The translations under genes and the position numbers were made by a program. A stretch of 64,000 nt of DNA, from the NCBI GenBank assembly GCA_963710605.1, contig CAVQBA010000006.1, forward strand, positions 704,001 through 768,000, given 5' to 3'. The DNA is from an uncultured cyanobacterium (GTDB lineage Bacteria > Cyanobacteriota > Cyanobacteriia > Cyanobacteriales > Cyanobacteriaceae). The notes under the pieces are model-generated. The model was not told the origin of the DNA. It ran no database searches and saw only the letters and a program-made list of their open reading frames with translations. Of this stretch, positions 51,025 to 61,790 are shown one piece after another (positions within the stretch are counted from its first letter, which is position 1; each line of letters begins with the position of its first letter).

Positions 51025-51642
51025 TTACGGTGCAGGAGGCTCACTTGGGGGTTGCTCAGGAATCGGCACACCTGGCAGGGTAGAAGGCTGTTGTTGTTGG
51101 TTTTGAGGTGGAGTGTAATAAGGATTAAAAGGGGTAGCTGTTTGTGTTGGAGCGGAAGATTGCCCTGGTGTTGTCGCTAAAGCAACTTTTTCTCCACCTA
51201 CTTCTTTGAGCATATCTAATACTTGAATTACCTCACTGTATCTTACTTCTTGAGAAGCGTGAAGTACCATCAAACCCTCAGGATTGAGGCTATTATAATT
51301 TTTAGCCGCACTATAAAGTTGTACTTGACTAACTGGTCGTTGCTCTAGATATAATTGTCCTTGGTTATCTAAACTGACTACCAACATTTCTCTCATTTGA
51401 GGTGTGCCAGTTACCGCTTTTGGTAAATTTAAACTAATTGCCTGCTGACGAGAATAACCTACTGCCGCTAAGATAAAAAAGGTCAAAATACAGAAAATAA
51501 CATCAATCATTGGTACAATCTCAATTCGTACTTCCTGTTGACTTTGAACATCCTGCCAGAGCTTAAATGGTTTAATGGGTGATGGTTTTGGTAGATTTTG
51601 TGGCTCAGGGTTTTCGTCTGGTTTAGTAAATAGCTTTGTCAT
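51025..51642 (-). CDS. exbD: ExbD/TolR biopolymer transport protein
   Basis: IVPMIDVIFCILTFFI TM segment with the conserved Asp; Pro/Gln-rich tail. Confidence 0.9.
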   Translation of the reverse strand: MTKLFTKPDENPEPQNLPKPSPIKPFKLWQDVQSQQEVRIEIVPMIDVIFCILTFFILAAVGYSRQQAISLNLPKAVTGTPQMREMLVVSLDNQGQLYLEQRPVSQVQLYSAAKNYNSLNPEGLMVLHASQEVRYSEVIQVLDMLKEVGGEKVALATTPGQSSAPTQTATPFNPYYTPPQNQQQQPSTLPGVPIPEQPPSEPPAP

Positions 51643-51766
51643 TATATAAAAAATTAAAATATGATTAATTAAAGAAGATTACCTCTAAATCTAATCAAGA
51701 GGTGAAGATAATTAACGAGAATTGAACACAAATTATTAATTATTAATTGTTAATTATTAATTAATT

Positions 51767-52408
51767 TTAAACCATTAACTTTTGTCTTTGATTCCATCGT
51801 TGGCGATAAATCACCTCTAAATCACTAGCGGCTTTACGAAAAATACGTACTTGATTAAACCAAAAAGCTTGAAAAAGTCGATAAAAAACAACACTAATAA
51901 TTGCCACAATCAAACCAACAGCAGTTGAAATTAAAGATTCGCCAATCCCTAGAGTAACTCCGCTAGTTGAAGCTGTACCTAAATCTTCGATCGAAATTGA
52001 GCCTAATGAACGGATTAAACCTAAAACTGTACCTAGTAATCCTAATAAAGGTGATAATGCGATAATACCTTCTAAAACCTTGTCTCCTTTACGCATCAGT
52101 GCTAGCTCATCATCTGCCCCTGTTTCTAAAGATAAGTGAAAAACATCAGGATCTGGATTTTCTAATTGTAAAGGTTTGTTGAGTAGTTTACCTACGGGAT
52201 GATGACGGTAACGAGAGGCAATTTCTCCTGCTTTAACCCAGTTTGTGGTGGCGGCATCCATAACACTATTTAGTATTTGTTCTTCTTTTATCAAGACTCT
52301 TGACCAAAACCATAAACGTTCTAAAATAGTACCTATCGCAATAATAGATAAAAATAGTAACGGCCAAATAGAAACACCGCCTTTTTCAATTAACTCAGCT
52401 AAAGTCAC
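51767..52408 (-). CDS. exbB: MotA/TolQ/ExbB proton channel
   Basis: [12 protein letters not shown] and [13 protein letters not shown] motifs. Confidence 0.92.
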   Translation of the reverse strand: MTLAELIEKGGVSIWPLLFLSIIAIGTILERLWFWSRVLIKEEQILNSVMDAATTNWVKAGEIASRYRHHPVGKLLNKPLQLENPDPDVFHLSLETGADDELALMRKGDKVLEGIIALSPLLGLLGTVLGLIRSLGSISIEDLGTASTSGVTLGIGESLISTAVGLIVAIISVVFYRLFQAFWFNQVRIFRKAASDLEVIYRQRWNQRQKLMV

Positions 52409-52562
52409 CTTGTCTAAATCTCCTGTATCAACAACTAATTTTTATTCTAAACACGAATAATTTTTGATCATAACAATTATTCATTTCTGGTTAAAATTGT
52501 AACCGAATTTTTACTTAAAGGTGTTAGTTAATTATTCATCCCTAATCCCTAACCCCTAATCT

Positions 52563-53729
52563 CTAATTCCTAATTTCTTCACTGCTAAATATTTGGCGGA
52601 AAAACTGTTGTCTTTGCTCAACTGACTCATCACCAAAATTCCATAAGCTCTCGTAGAAAAAGAAGGATACCCCTGCAAAGCCTTCTTCGTGCGAACGATC
52701 GATTTGCTGTTTTAATAGTTTTAGATTAGTAGGACGACCTTTTAACCCTGAGAGAATACCGATCGCTGTCGGGATATGAGCTTTGGCTAATTGCAAATCT
52801 TTTTGAGCTAATTCCCGATTAAAAGCTTCCATATTATTACGATATAACTGGACAATCAATTCTTCTACTAAACCTTTTCTTTCCCATTTTGCCCAATCTA
52901 ATAAAAATTCTTCTTTGGAGAATACCTGCGGATTAGGAGAAACCGAAATAACAACATTATTTTTAACTGCTTTGATTTGTCTAAATAACGTTTCCATATA
53001 AGCGGTGATTTTATCTGCTCGCCATTGTATCCACTCAGAATTTTTCTCGTCTGTTGGCGGTAATTTGCCATCATGTTCTTGTTGATAAAGATTGACGGTA
53101 TAAGCATCGTAACCTAAAACCGAAGGATAACCAAAATGATCATCAACTTGAATACCATCTATATCATAATTACGAACTAACTCTAAAAGTAAATCACTAA
53201 TAAAATTTTGGACTTCAGGATGGAGCGGATTTAACCAGACTCTTTCGTGTACTTTTCCTTCTAACCAGATAGTACTACCATCAACTCTTGTGGTTAACCA
53301 TTCAGGATGAAGTTTAGCTAATTGCGAATCTGCTGGTGCCATAAAGCCAAATTCAAACCAAGGTATCACCTTCATCTTTTTTTGATGCCCTTGTTCGATA
53401 ATTTCGGCTAAGACATCACGATTTTGTAATCCTTCGGTTGGGTCGATTTCGTACCCTGTAACTGATGAAGCTACTTGACTAGGATATAGTGTATGTCCCC
53501 AATTCCAAACCGTTGGATAAAGTCGATTGAACTGGTGTTTAGCAAGAGTCGCGATCGCTTCTGTGGTGTTTTCTGGGCTAAATAATATTTCACTATCAAT
53601 ATTTGTTAACCAAACACCTCTTATTTGTTTTTCGTATTTTGAAGTTTGAGCTATAGTATATCGTTGGGAGGTGGTGTAAATTACAACTACAGTCAGACAA
53701 AACAGAATAATTAATTTAAGCAATTTCAT
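52563..53729 (-). CDS. Glycoside hydrolase-like 10 (GHL10/YddW) family protein
   Basis: IRGVWL, IPWFEFG, WLNPLHPEVQ and DGIQVDD motifs; N-terminal signal. Confidence 0.88.
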   Translation of the reverse strand: MKLLKLIILFCLTVVVIYTTSQRYTIAQTSKYEKQIRGVWLTNIDSEILFSPENTTEAIATLAKHQFNRLYPTVWNWGHTLYPSQVASSVTGYEIDPTEGLQNRDVLAEIIEQGHQKKMKVIPWFEFGFMAPADSQLAKLHPEWLTTRVDGSTIWLEGKVHERVWLNPLHPEVQNFISDLLLELVRNYDIDGIQVDDHFGYPSVLGYDAYTVNLYQQEHDGKLPPTDEKNSEWIQWRADKITAYMETLFRQIKAVKNNVVISVSPNPQVFSKEEFLLDWAKWERKGLVEELIVQLYRNNMEAFNRELAQKDLQLAKAHIPTAIGILSGLKGRPTNLKLLKQQIDRSHEEGFAGVSFFFYESLWNFGDESVEQRQQFFRQIFSSEEIRN

Positions 53730-53913
53730 GATGAATAAATAACGATCGCACTACAATGATATTTGTTGTTCTAGTAGATGTTGAATTAATTGTAAAAGTT
53801 TCGTGATAATGAATAATGAATCATTGTTTTAACTATTATGGCTTCAATTGAGAACAAAGAAGGCGATGCACTACCTACTGTAATCTTAAACATCATCACA
53901 ATATACTATTGTT

Positions 53914-54861
53914 CTAGATTTTGATTTGGGAATTTTGATTTAGGTGTTCTGAGTTTTGGGCTTCAGATTCTAGGTTTTGAGTTTGATTAGAATCGATCGA
54001 TAAAAATGGTTGATGTAAACTAATTAGATAAGCCAGAGTTTTTTTCAATTGAGTCCGAGAAACGATCGCATCGACAAAACCATGCTTGAGTAGATATTCC
54101 GCAGTTTGAAAATCATCAGGTAATTTTTCTCTTAAAGTTTGCTCAATCACTCTTCTACCAGCAAAAGCAATCATCGCACCGGGTTCGGCTAAAATCAAAT
54201 CTCCTAACATAGCAAAACTTGCTGTGACACCACCTGTAGTCGGATGGGTTAAAACAGGAATATATAATAATTTTTGTTCTTGATGGCGTTGCAAAGCACC
54301 TGAAATTTTTGCCATTTGCATCAAACTCAACATTCCTTCTTGCATTCTCGCCCCACCAGAGGCACAAACAATGACGACAGGAAAAGAATTAGCCGTAGCG
54401 TGTTCAATCAAACGAGTGAGTCTTTCACCCACAACCGAACCCATACTACCACCCATAAACCGAAAATCCATTACGCCTAAAGCGATCGGTAAACCATCAA
54501 TTGAGCCTATCCCCGTTTGTACCGCATCAGTTAAAGTTGTTTTGCTGTGTAAATCTTTAATTCGATCGCTATAACTTTTACGATCGTGAAAATTAAGTGG
54601 GTCAGTTGGTAACAAATGGCTATTAAGCGGTTGCCATGTCTGAGAATCAACTAATTGAGTAATTCGTTCATCGCTGGTTACTATCATATGATGCTCACAC
54701 TTAAGGCAGACCATATTATTAGTTTGTAAATCTTTGGTATAAGCTACCTCATTACATTTCGGACATTTTGTCCATAAACCATCAGCTATTTCCCTCTCTC
54801 GTTGTGGTTGTATCTCGGGTTCTGGTTTTCTCAAATTGTCGAACCATTCAAGTAAAGACAT
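53914..54861 (-). CDS. accD: Acetyl-CoA carboxylase carboxyltransferase beta subunit
   Basis: LWTKCPKC...CLKC zinc finger; [21 protein letters not shown] and [10 protein letters not shown] motifs. Confidence 0.97.
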   Translation of the reverse strand: MSLLEWFDNLRKPEPEIQPQREREIADGLWTKCPKCNEVAYTKDLQTNNMVCLKCEHHMIVTSDERITQLVDSQTWQPLNSHLLPTDPLNFHDRKSYSDRIKDLHSKTTLTDAVQTGIGSIDGLPIALGVMDFRFMGGSMGSVVGERLTRLIEHATANSFPVVIVCASGGARMQEGMLSLMQMAKISGALQRHQEQKLLYIPVLTHPTTGGVTASFAMLGDLILAEPGAMIAFAGRRVIEQTLREKLPDDFQTAEYLLKHGFVDAIVSRTQLKKTLAYLISLHQPFLSIDSNQTQNLESEAQNSEHLNQNSQIKI

Positions 54862-55376
54862 GATTTAGGATTTTTTTGTCAAATTAAATTAAAAGAAACA
54901 CTTTGATACTTACAATTAAGTGATCCTCGAGTTGATGTTATTATCATTCAACTAATTCATTTTAATACAAATTGGTCATGCAACAATTGATAAGACTACT
55001 ACAAGTATTATTGCTAAGCTCTTCAATATTAATCTAATCAAGCATGAATTGGTCTTTATTTAGGGAAATTTTTTAAAGTATAGTTGGTTAAGCCCGATCG
55101 TTATCGACAACAATAGATAAACAAATATTTTCAACAATCATTGTAAGGCTTGCACCATCACCGTCTTTGTCATAACCAAAAATATTTAAAACGTAATTAC
55201 AATTTTATTTTTAACCTCTTTTCTCTTTTGATGATTCTTAATAATCCAAAATAGGTAATTGCGGTTAAACTAACAGCAATAAGTGATAAAAACTTCATCG
55301 TCTTCATTAAAAAAATCAGGTTAATATTAATACCTTGCCAAGCAAATAATCAAATTAACTACTTGGCAAGTAGTAC

Positions 55377-56544
55377 TTAAACCAGTTGTAAGTTATTAAT
55401 AAAGTTAGCCGAATTATTTACAGAAATAGGATCGATATTATTAATCGTCACTAACAAATTATCCAATTGATCAAAAATATCGGCATTACTTCCACTAGCC
55501 ATAATACTCAGATTCGTAAAAGTCAAACTATCTGTCAAACCTAAGCTATCAATACCTAACTCAAAATCAAAGATAAAATCTGAGCCTGTAACTGATTCGA
55601 GTGCGAATATATCCGCACCACCATTACCCGTGAGGGTGTCATCACCTTCTCCACCAAAGATAACATCGTTACCCGCACTGCCTATGATTTGGTCGTTTCC
55701 TGCTCCTCCTAAAAGAATATCGTTCCCATCGTTACCGCTAATGTAATCGATACCGCCGTCACCATCAATGTAATCGTCACCGACACCTCCAAAGAGATAA
55801 TCGGCATCTTCTCCGCCTTCGATGTTGTCATCTCCACCGTTGGCTAAGACGTAATTAACTCCATTGTTGGTGATAATACTTTCGTTTGCATTTCCTCCCG
55901 AAGCAAATTGATTATCTCCCACCACAGCTAATGGTTGAGTCACAATTATTTGAGTTTCAAGGGTTGTACTATCTTCCCCATCACTGGCTTGGATAGTTAG
56001 AGGTTCGGTAGAAGGGTTTGATTGTGCCGTACCTGTTAACTGTCTTGTTTGACTGTTATAACTTAACCAGTTGGGTTTTTGAGTTACATCGATCGTTAAT
56101 TCGTCTCCATCGGCATCGGTAAACAGATTAGAGGGTAAAGTGTAACTGTAGGATTGATTAATATCTGCTTGTAGATATATCAGAAGTTAATGGATCTGTA
56201 CCATACTGAGAAATTTTTATGAGAAAATCGTTTTCTTCTAATTCTATAATTGTGTTATTAGAATTAGAAATATCGGTTAATGTAATATTACCATCTGTTA
56301 CAATTTCATATATACCATCAGGAATATTTGTGCGAAAAAATTTATCGACAACCCCAAAAACAGATGGATAAGCATATCGACCACCACCATTAGTGAGATA
56401 ACTAGACATATTTAAAACAATAGGCTCAGGTCTAGAACCTGGTGCTCTAATATGTTGATTATAATCAGTCGTTGAAGGGTTACTTGTTCCAAAAACAAAA
56501 CGTCTTGTGAAATCTATTTCATCATAATCAATAAAGTTAGACAT
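55377..56544 (-). CDS. Secreted protein: unknown N-domain, He_PIG/cadherin-like Ig domain and RTX Ca-binding repeats; frameshift near 56175
   Basis: Frame upstream of 55943 reads QSYSYTLPSNLFTDADGDELT...PNWLSYNSQTRQLTGT; GGxGxDxL nonapeptides; DFIFDFELGIDSL. Confidence 0.75.
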
Positions 56545-56679
56545 ACTTATTAATATCTTAGTCTTGTAAAATTCATTAATTTTGATTTTATCATCTTAAT
56601 CATCTAATCATAAATTAGATCAACAAAGAATATTTGTACTTGTAATCATAATCATCTTTAACTACCGATATAAGTAAAA

Positions 56680-57711
56680 ATGAATACAATATTAATTTTA
56701 GTAAATACAATTTTTATATTTTTTATAGCATCATCTGTACGGGCAAAATCTTTTAATTCTTATTGTCTTTCAGAAATTACTAACAACATTGGAGCGATCG
56801 AAAATGAAAGAAAAAAAAGTAAACAAAAAAGCTCTATTTTTAATCAGTATATCAAAAATGTAGATGATAAGCTTTTGCAAATCAGACAAAAATATGAGTT
56901 GCCTGAATTATATGATAGTAGATGTTCTTATTTTATGAGGTGGTTAGGAGAGTGTAAATTTTCTACCTCAATTATATACAGCCCTAGTTTAGATCGAGTA
57001 TTTATTACTGGTTATTCGGCAATGATGTTTGGGCTTTCTCACAAAGTGACTTATGAAGTAACAAAAACTAATACCAAACTTTTACCTGAAAACATAAGTA
57101 AAAGTAAATTTTTAATTAATGATTTTCCTTCTTTAAATGGAGTTCTTTTTATCAGTTTTAAATTAAATCAAATTTTATTTTATGATGGCAAACAATTTTC
57201 CACTGTAATAGATAACTCTTTCTTTTTATATAATTCTCTTAAAAAAGAACAAGAAAATAAAACAAATAAAAATACACAACGAAATTTTAGTTTATACAAT
57301 GCCCAAAATAGAAGGGTTTTTCTTGTCAATAAAAATAACATTGCTTTTTTATGGGAAATAAAACCTAATCTCGATCTTAAGAAAATTTCGATTATAGAAA
57401 ATGAATCGAAACACTATCTGAATGAATTTTTTCTCTTCCCTAATAATTCAGAAGTTTGGGCAATACCACAATCGAGAAATAAAATATTTGTAGAAAGCGA
57501 AATAGGTTTACAGAATATTATTTCTATCTCAAAACCTTACATCATCGATCGTAATCATGGCATTTGGCAATCTAATGAAGATATTATTTATTTTGTTCTT
57601 ACAAACGATTCTTCTAAATCAAAGCGATATTATGCTATTGCTCCAAAATCTTTGGTTGAAAGTGAATGTATAGATGTTTTAGATACAGATAATCCTATTT
57701 CTATACCATAA
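56680..57711 (+). CDS. Hypothetical exported protein
   Basis: Signal-like N-terminus, very AT-rich; paralogous remnants downstream. Confidence 0.65.
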   Translation: MNTILILVNTIFIFFIASSVRAKSFNSYCLSEITNNIGAIENERKKSKQKSSIFNQYIKNVDDKLLQIRQKYELPELYDSRCSYFMRWLGECKFSTSIIYSPSLDRVFITGYSAMMFGLSHKVTYEVTKTNTKLLPENISKSKFLINDFPSLNGVLFISFKLNQILFYDGKQFSTVIDNSFFLYNSLKKEQENKTNKNTQRNFSLYNAQNRRVFLVNKNNIAFLWEIKPNLDLKKISIIENESKHYLNEFFLFPNNSEVWAIPQSRNKIFVESEIGLQNIISISKPYIIDRNHGIWQSNEDIIYFVLTNDSSKSKRYYAIAPKSLVESECIDVLDTDNPISIP

Positions 57712-57761
57712 CTTAAAAATTTTAATTCAAACATAAACCGATCGATAAGTAAATAGCTTTT

Positions 57762-58169
57762 ATGCCTTTGTTTCCCAGAATATTAATATTAACCACATTT
57801 GCTCCAGCTATACTGATTATTGGAGTATTCCTTATAATTTTATTAACACCCTTTTTTCTTAGTTCACCTTTGTTTTTACTGGCACAAAAAATAGATAGTA
57901 TCAAAAATTTGTATATTTATTCTTCGCTAATCGGTGTAATTCTTTTTTCTTTGAGTTTTATACTATTTAGAATCCCCTTGAATCAAAATCATGCTCTATG
58001 GGCAATTTATCTATATCATTTAGATTTATCATTTTTATTTGGAATAGGTAGTAAGTATTTAATCCTTAAAAAAGTTAATGTGAAAAATGTTGAACGAAGT
58101 AAAAAAATTGCTAATGATCATTTTAAATTATTAGCAATTGTATCGGTAATATCATTAATATTTATCTAA
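57762..58169 (+). CDS. Hypothetical membrane protein
   Basis: Four hydrophobic segments. Confidence 0.5.
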   Translation: MPLFPRILILTTFAPAILIIGVFLIILLTPFFLSSPLFLLAQKIDSIKNLYIYSSLIGVILFSLSFILFRIPLNQNHALWAIYLYHLDLSFLFGIGSKYLILKKVNVKNVERSKKIANDHFKLLAIVSVISLIFI

Positions 58170-58273
58170 TTTTAATTGTTATAAATATATTATAATTTTT
58201 TTTGTATTTTTCCTTTTTATAATTGCTCGTTTAAATACATATAACCCTCTTTCTATACCATAATTGTAAATAA

Positions 58274-58740
58274 TTGAATGGTGCAATTTTTATTAATAAT
58301 GAATTAGAAGTTTTGCTTTATAATGGCGAAACAGCAACCAAGTTAATAGATAATTCTTTTGTTTCAAAAATAACCGATCGATCGAGAGAAGAATTTAAAA
58401 AAAAAATTCAACTTATTCTTGGTCTATACAAATTATCAATCAACGAGTTTTCATGTATAACCGTTATCTCAAAAGATATTTATTTGAGATTAAAGAAAAT
58501 CAAGAAGTTATTAAGACCAAATTGCTTAATTACAGTAAAAAATATGGTTTTCCTTTCATGACAACTTTTGCTAAAGACGATCGAATATGGTTATTTTCAA
58601 GTAATGATATATCAGTTGAAACAGACAATGGTTTACAGAATATAATTAGTATTGACGATCCTTTTTTAATTGATAATTGGAGTTATGGTGATATTTGGTA
58701 ATCGAATGAGAATATAGTTTATTTTCGTCTTAAAAATAAA
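58274..58740 (+). pseudogene. Decayed paralogue of the 56680-57711 gene
   Basis: NGAIF..LLYNG..LIDNSF vs NGVLF..LFYDG..VIDNSF; GLQNIISI shared; DIW*SNENIVYF vs GIWQSNEDIIYF. Confidence 0.75.
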
Positions 58741-59030
58741 AACTCTTCTTTGAAAGAAAAAAGACATGGCAAATTGATTCAAAACAACTGTTACTTTACT
58801 TTTCCTAAATTGAATTGATTTAATTGTGTAGGGGTTTATGCCATAAACCCTAATCTAATTTGTAAATTTCAAACAAACTTTTAAATTTTTCTTCCTTTAA
58901 CTTCTTTATTATTCAGTATTACGATCGATCGTCAATAAGATTAGCCCCGAAACGAATTTCGGGGTAAGTAATAAACCTCATTAAGTATGGTAGAAACTTC
59001 CCCTAGATATTGGTTAAGAGAAAGAACTTT

Positions 59031-59864
59031 TTACAATTGAGGCTCTAGACGAGCGTAAAATACACCACGAATTTTGACTTCTTCAGGCTCTTCTGCACCT
59101 AAGTCAGTAGAAGAAGGTTGCTCACTTTGAAACACACCTGAAATTTCACCTGTATCTGAATCTACTTTAGTAATTTGTAAAGAAATTTCACCTTTACTTG
59201 TATCAACTTGTTTGATGTTACTACGAGTGTAATCACCTTTATCTGAACCTGCGGGTAAAGCAACAGCGTTATCATAACCAGAGCTTAAACCACGACCTTT
59301 AGGATCTAAGAAAGTTGCACCACGATAAGAAGGAACTTTAAATTTACCTTCAAAATCAGCCGAAGTATTAATAGAAGTAAAACCGGGTTCACTAGTGGCA
59401 ACTAATTTTTTAATGGTAAAAAAGAACGGTACTTCTTCACCACCTGGTAGTAAGACAGTTGCAATTTGGAAATCAATACCATCAAATTCAGTGAAGGTTA
59501 AAACACCACTTTCATCGATGGTTAAACTTCCTCTCATTTGTTCTAAGCTACTGGTATCTCTAGTTAATAATTTACCTTCAACAAACTTAGCGTCTTGTCT
59601 TTTGTTAGTTGGTTCTTCTTTAACAAAATACTGTTGTGGTTCTAAACATAAATCAATAATGTCTAAAGGTTCATCGATGGAAATAGAAATACTACCACGA
59701 GTAAACTCAGAAATTTGAGGACATTTGTTAGCTAGTCCTGTATTGACAATTTCATCATAAGTATTAATTTTAGGATCATATGCTTGTGCTGGACCGTCAC
59801 CACAAGCGGTTAGAAATCCTGCGCATACCATCACCAAAGCAATTAATAGGCTGCGAAACCTCAT
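59031..59864 (-). CDS. psbO: Photosystem II manganese-stabilising protein
   Basis: TGLANKCP, DPKGRG, GYDNAVALPA and QPSSTDLGA motifs. Confidence 0.97.
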   Translation of the reverse strand: MRFRSLLIALVMVCAGFLTACGDGPAQAYDPKINTYDEIVNTGLANKCPQISEFTRGSISISIDEPLDIIDLCLEPQQYFVKEEPTNKRQDAKFVEGKLLTRDTSSLEQMRGSLTIDESGVLTFTEFDGIDFQIATVLLPGGEEVPFFFTIKKLVATSEPGFTSINTSADFEGKFKVPSYRGATFLDPKGRGLSSGYDNAVALPAGSDKGDYTRSNIKQVDTSKGEISLQITKVDSDTGEISGVFQSEQPSSTDLGAEEPEEVKIRGVFYARLEPQL

Positions 59865-60340
59865 TGTTCAACCTCTCTTTGTTAATTTTCGATTTTATTT
59901 TAATCTTAAGTGGTACTTATCCTGTATTATTATGTCCCCTTGAATTAATCAAAGGTTGAAATGAACAAGTATAGTTAGATTTATCGAGATCTACTTTACC
60001 AAATTAAGAGTCCTTATTAACAAAATTTATGGTATTTATTAATCATTTTTTACTTTCATCAGTTTTTTTGCTCAATAATTACAATTTTTAGCTGATTCTT
60101 GGTTTGGGAGCAACTAAAATCTTTTTTACTTTTATTTTAAATCTTTCAGATACACTGCCCTACTATTTTTTAGCCTAATAAATAACAAATTATCTTAATC
60201 TCTTAAATTAAAAACACGATCGATTTGATCTCAACTAACACTCAGCGGTTTTACCTCTATCTAGTGTTGATATCCTGTTTTATTACTTTGGTTACAAAAC
60301 TTTACTAAAATAATCAAAGTGAATTAAGTAAAAATACTAT

Positions 60341-61357
60341 TTATTCAGGTGTAGGTTGTTCTTCTAGATGTTGTAAAAATTGAATTAATTGTTGATCAGA
60401 TAAAAGGTTACGAGATTTTTTACCATAAACTGAGACTAAATGTTTTTTACCATCATCGATCGTCCAACCTAAACGTTTCATTTCCAAAGTCGTTTGAGCC
60501 ATAATTTGATTAAAATCGACGTTAACAACTGCTTGTGTTGGTTCGTCGCTGGTAGTATTGTTTTGTTCTACAACAGGTTGCTTTTCTTCTTCGACATGAT
60601 TAATTTTATCTGTTGTACCATTGCCATTACTAGAGACATTATCAACTACAGTCAAATCTTCATTTGTGGTGGTTGAATCATCATTAGTAACCGAAAAATC
60701 TAATTGCGGTTGTACATCGTCGGTGTTGTCTTCCTCTTGATTAGTAATTTCAGTGGTGGGAGAAAATAAATTATCATCAACTAGATTGACAGGAGTTGTT
60801 AAAGAATTATCGATCGGAGTCGGTTTTGGTAATGTGTTACTCTTCAAATCAAGATTTGAAGGTTTGCTATCTTCTGTCTTTGTTGGCTCTACTACCTCTA
60901 ATTGAGCCGTAGAAAGTCGATCGTCTTTATTAACGACGGGGGAATTGTTTGGGGTGGAATCTACCTGCTCAGGCTCTTTTGTCTTTTGCTGAGCGACCGC
61001 TGGTGGTGGTGTAACTTCTGTTTGAGTTGTTGGTAATTTTACTTTGTCGTCGTCGGCTTGACTTCCTTGAGAATAAGTCGTTTGAGTTTTAGTTGTCGGT
61101 ACATTATTGGTTTGAGAAGGAGGAGTAATGGTTACTGCCTCTTGGGTGCTAATACTGGTCAAATTTAAATCAGTAGCCGATCGAATTAAAGACATAACTC
61201 TTCGACGGGCGTTATCTTCAGCTTTTTCTACCGTCAAATCACCTGCTAAAGCTGTACCTAAAATTACTTGATTAAGTTGAGCTGTTACCTTGACAATATA
61301 CTTGCCATGATCGATTATTACTAACTCACTAGTTAAAACTAATTGTGAAATACTCAT
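60341..61357 (-). CDS. Conserved cyanobacterial hypothetical protein with long disordered linker
   Basis: LTSELVIIDHGKYIV...VEKAEDNARRR N-domain; EMKRLGWT...YGKKSRNLLSD C-domain. Confidence 0.75.
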   Translation of the reverse strand: MSISQLVLTSELVIIDHGKYIVKVTAQLNQVILGTALAGDLTVEKAEDNARRRVMSLIRSATDLNLTSISTQEAVTITPPSQTNNVPTTKTQTTYSQGSQADDDKVKLPTTQTEVTPPPAVAQQKTKEPEQVDSTPNNSPVVNKDDRLSTAQLEVVEPTKTEDSKPSNLDLKSNTLPKPTPIDNSLTTPVNLVDDNLFSPTTEITNQEEDNTDDVQPQLDFSVTNDDSTTTNEDLTVVDNVSSNGNGTTDKINHVEEEKQPVVEQNNTTSDEPTQAVVNVDFNQIMAQTTLEMKRLGWTIDDGKKHLVSVYGKKSRNLLSDQQLIQFLQHLEEQPTPE

Positions 61358-61790
61358 CTTTTTTTCTTTTTATTATTTCGGTAAATTAATTATGGCAATA
61401 CAATTATACTATCAAAACTAGGGTTAAGATTTAGAATGAAGCCAAAATAGGATATATTTATAGCAATGGGTAGTTAGTGACCATCAATTTAGAAATACGG
61501 AAGTTAGATTCAGTTACTTTTTATTATTATGAATTGAAAGTACACCAAAATGTCTGATAATAAGTGAGTAGTTTTTCATGAGGCAAGTCCTTAGCAAACA
61601 AATAAGCCAAAATCTTAGTTGACAATCGATAATTTGCGATCGTTTCCGTTTCGATAGAAACTATCAACTTAAATGTGTCTATTCACGAGCAAAGACTTAG
61701 TTATCAATAATCAATTATTGTCAGATTGCTCACTAATTAACATAACCATAATTTCAGAAATAATATTAAAGACAAGGATATTTATAGTAA

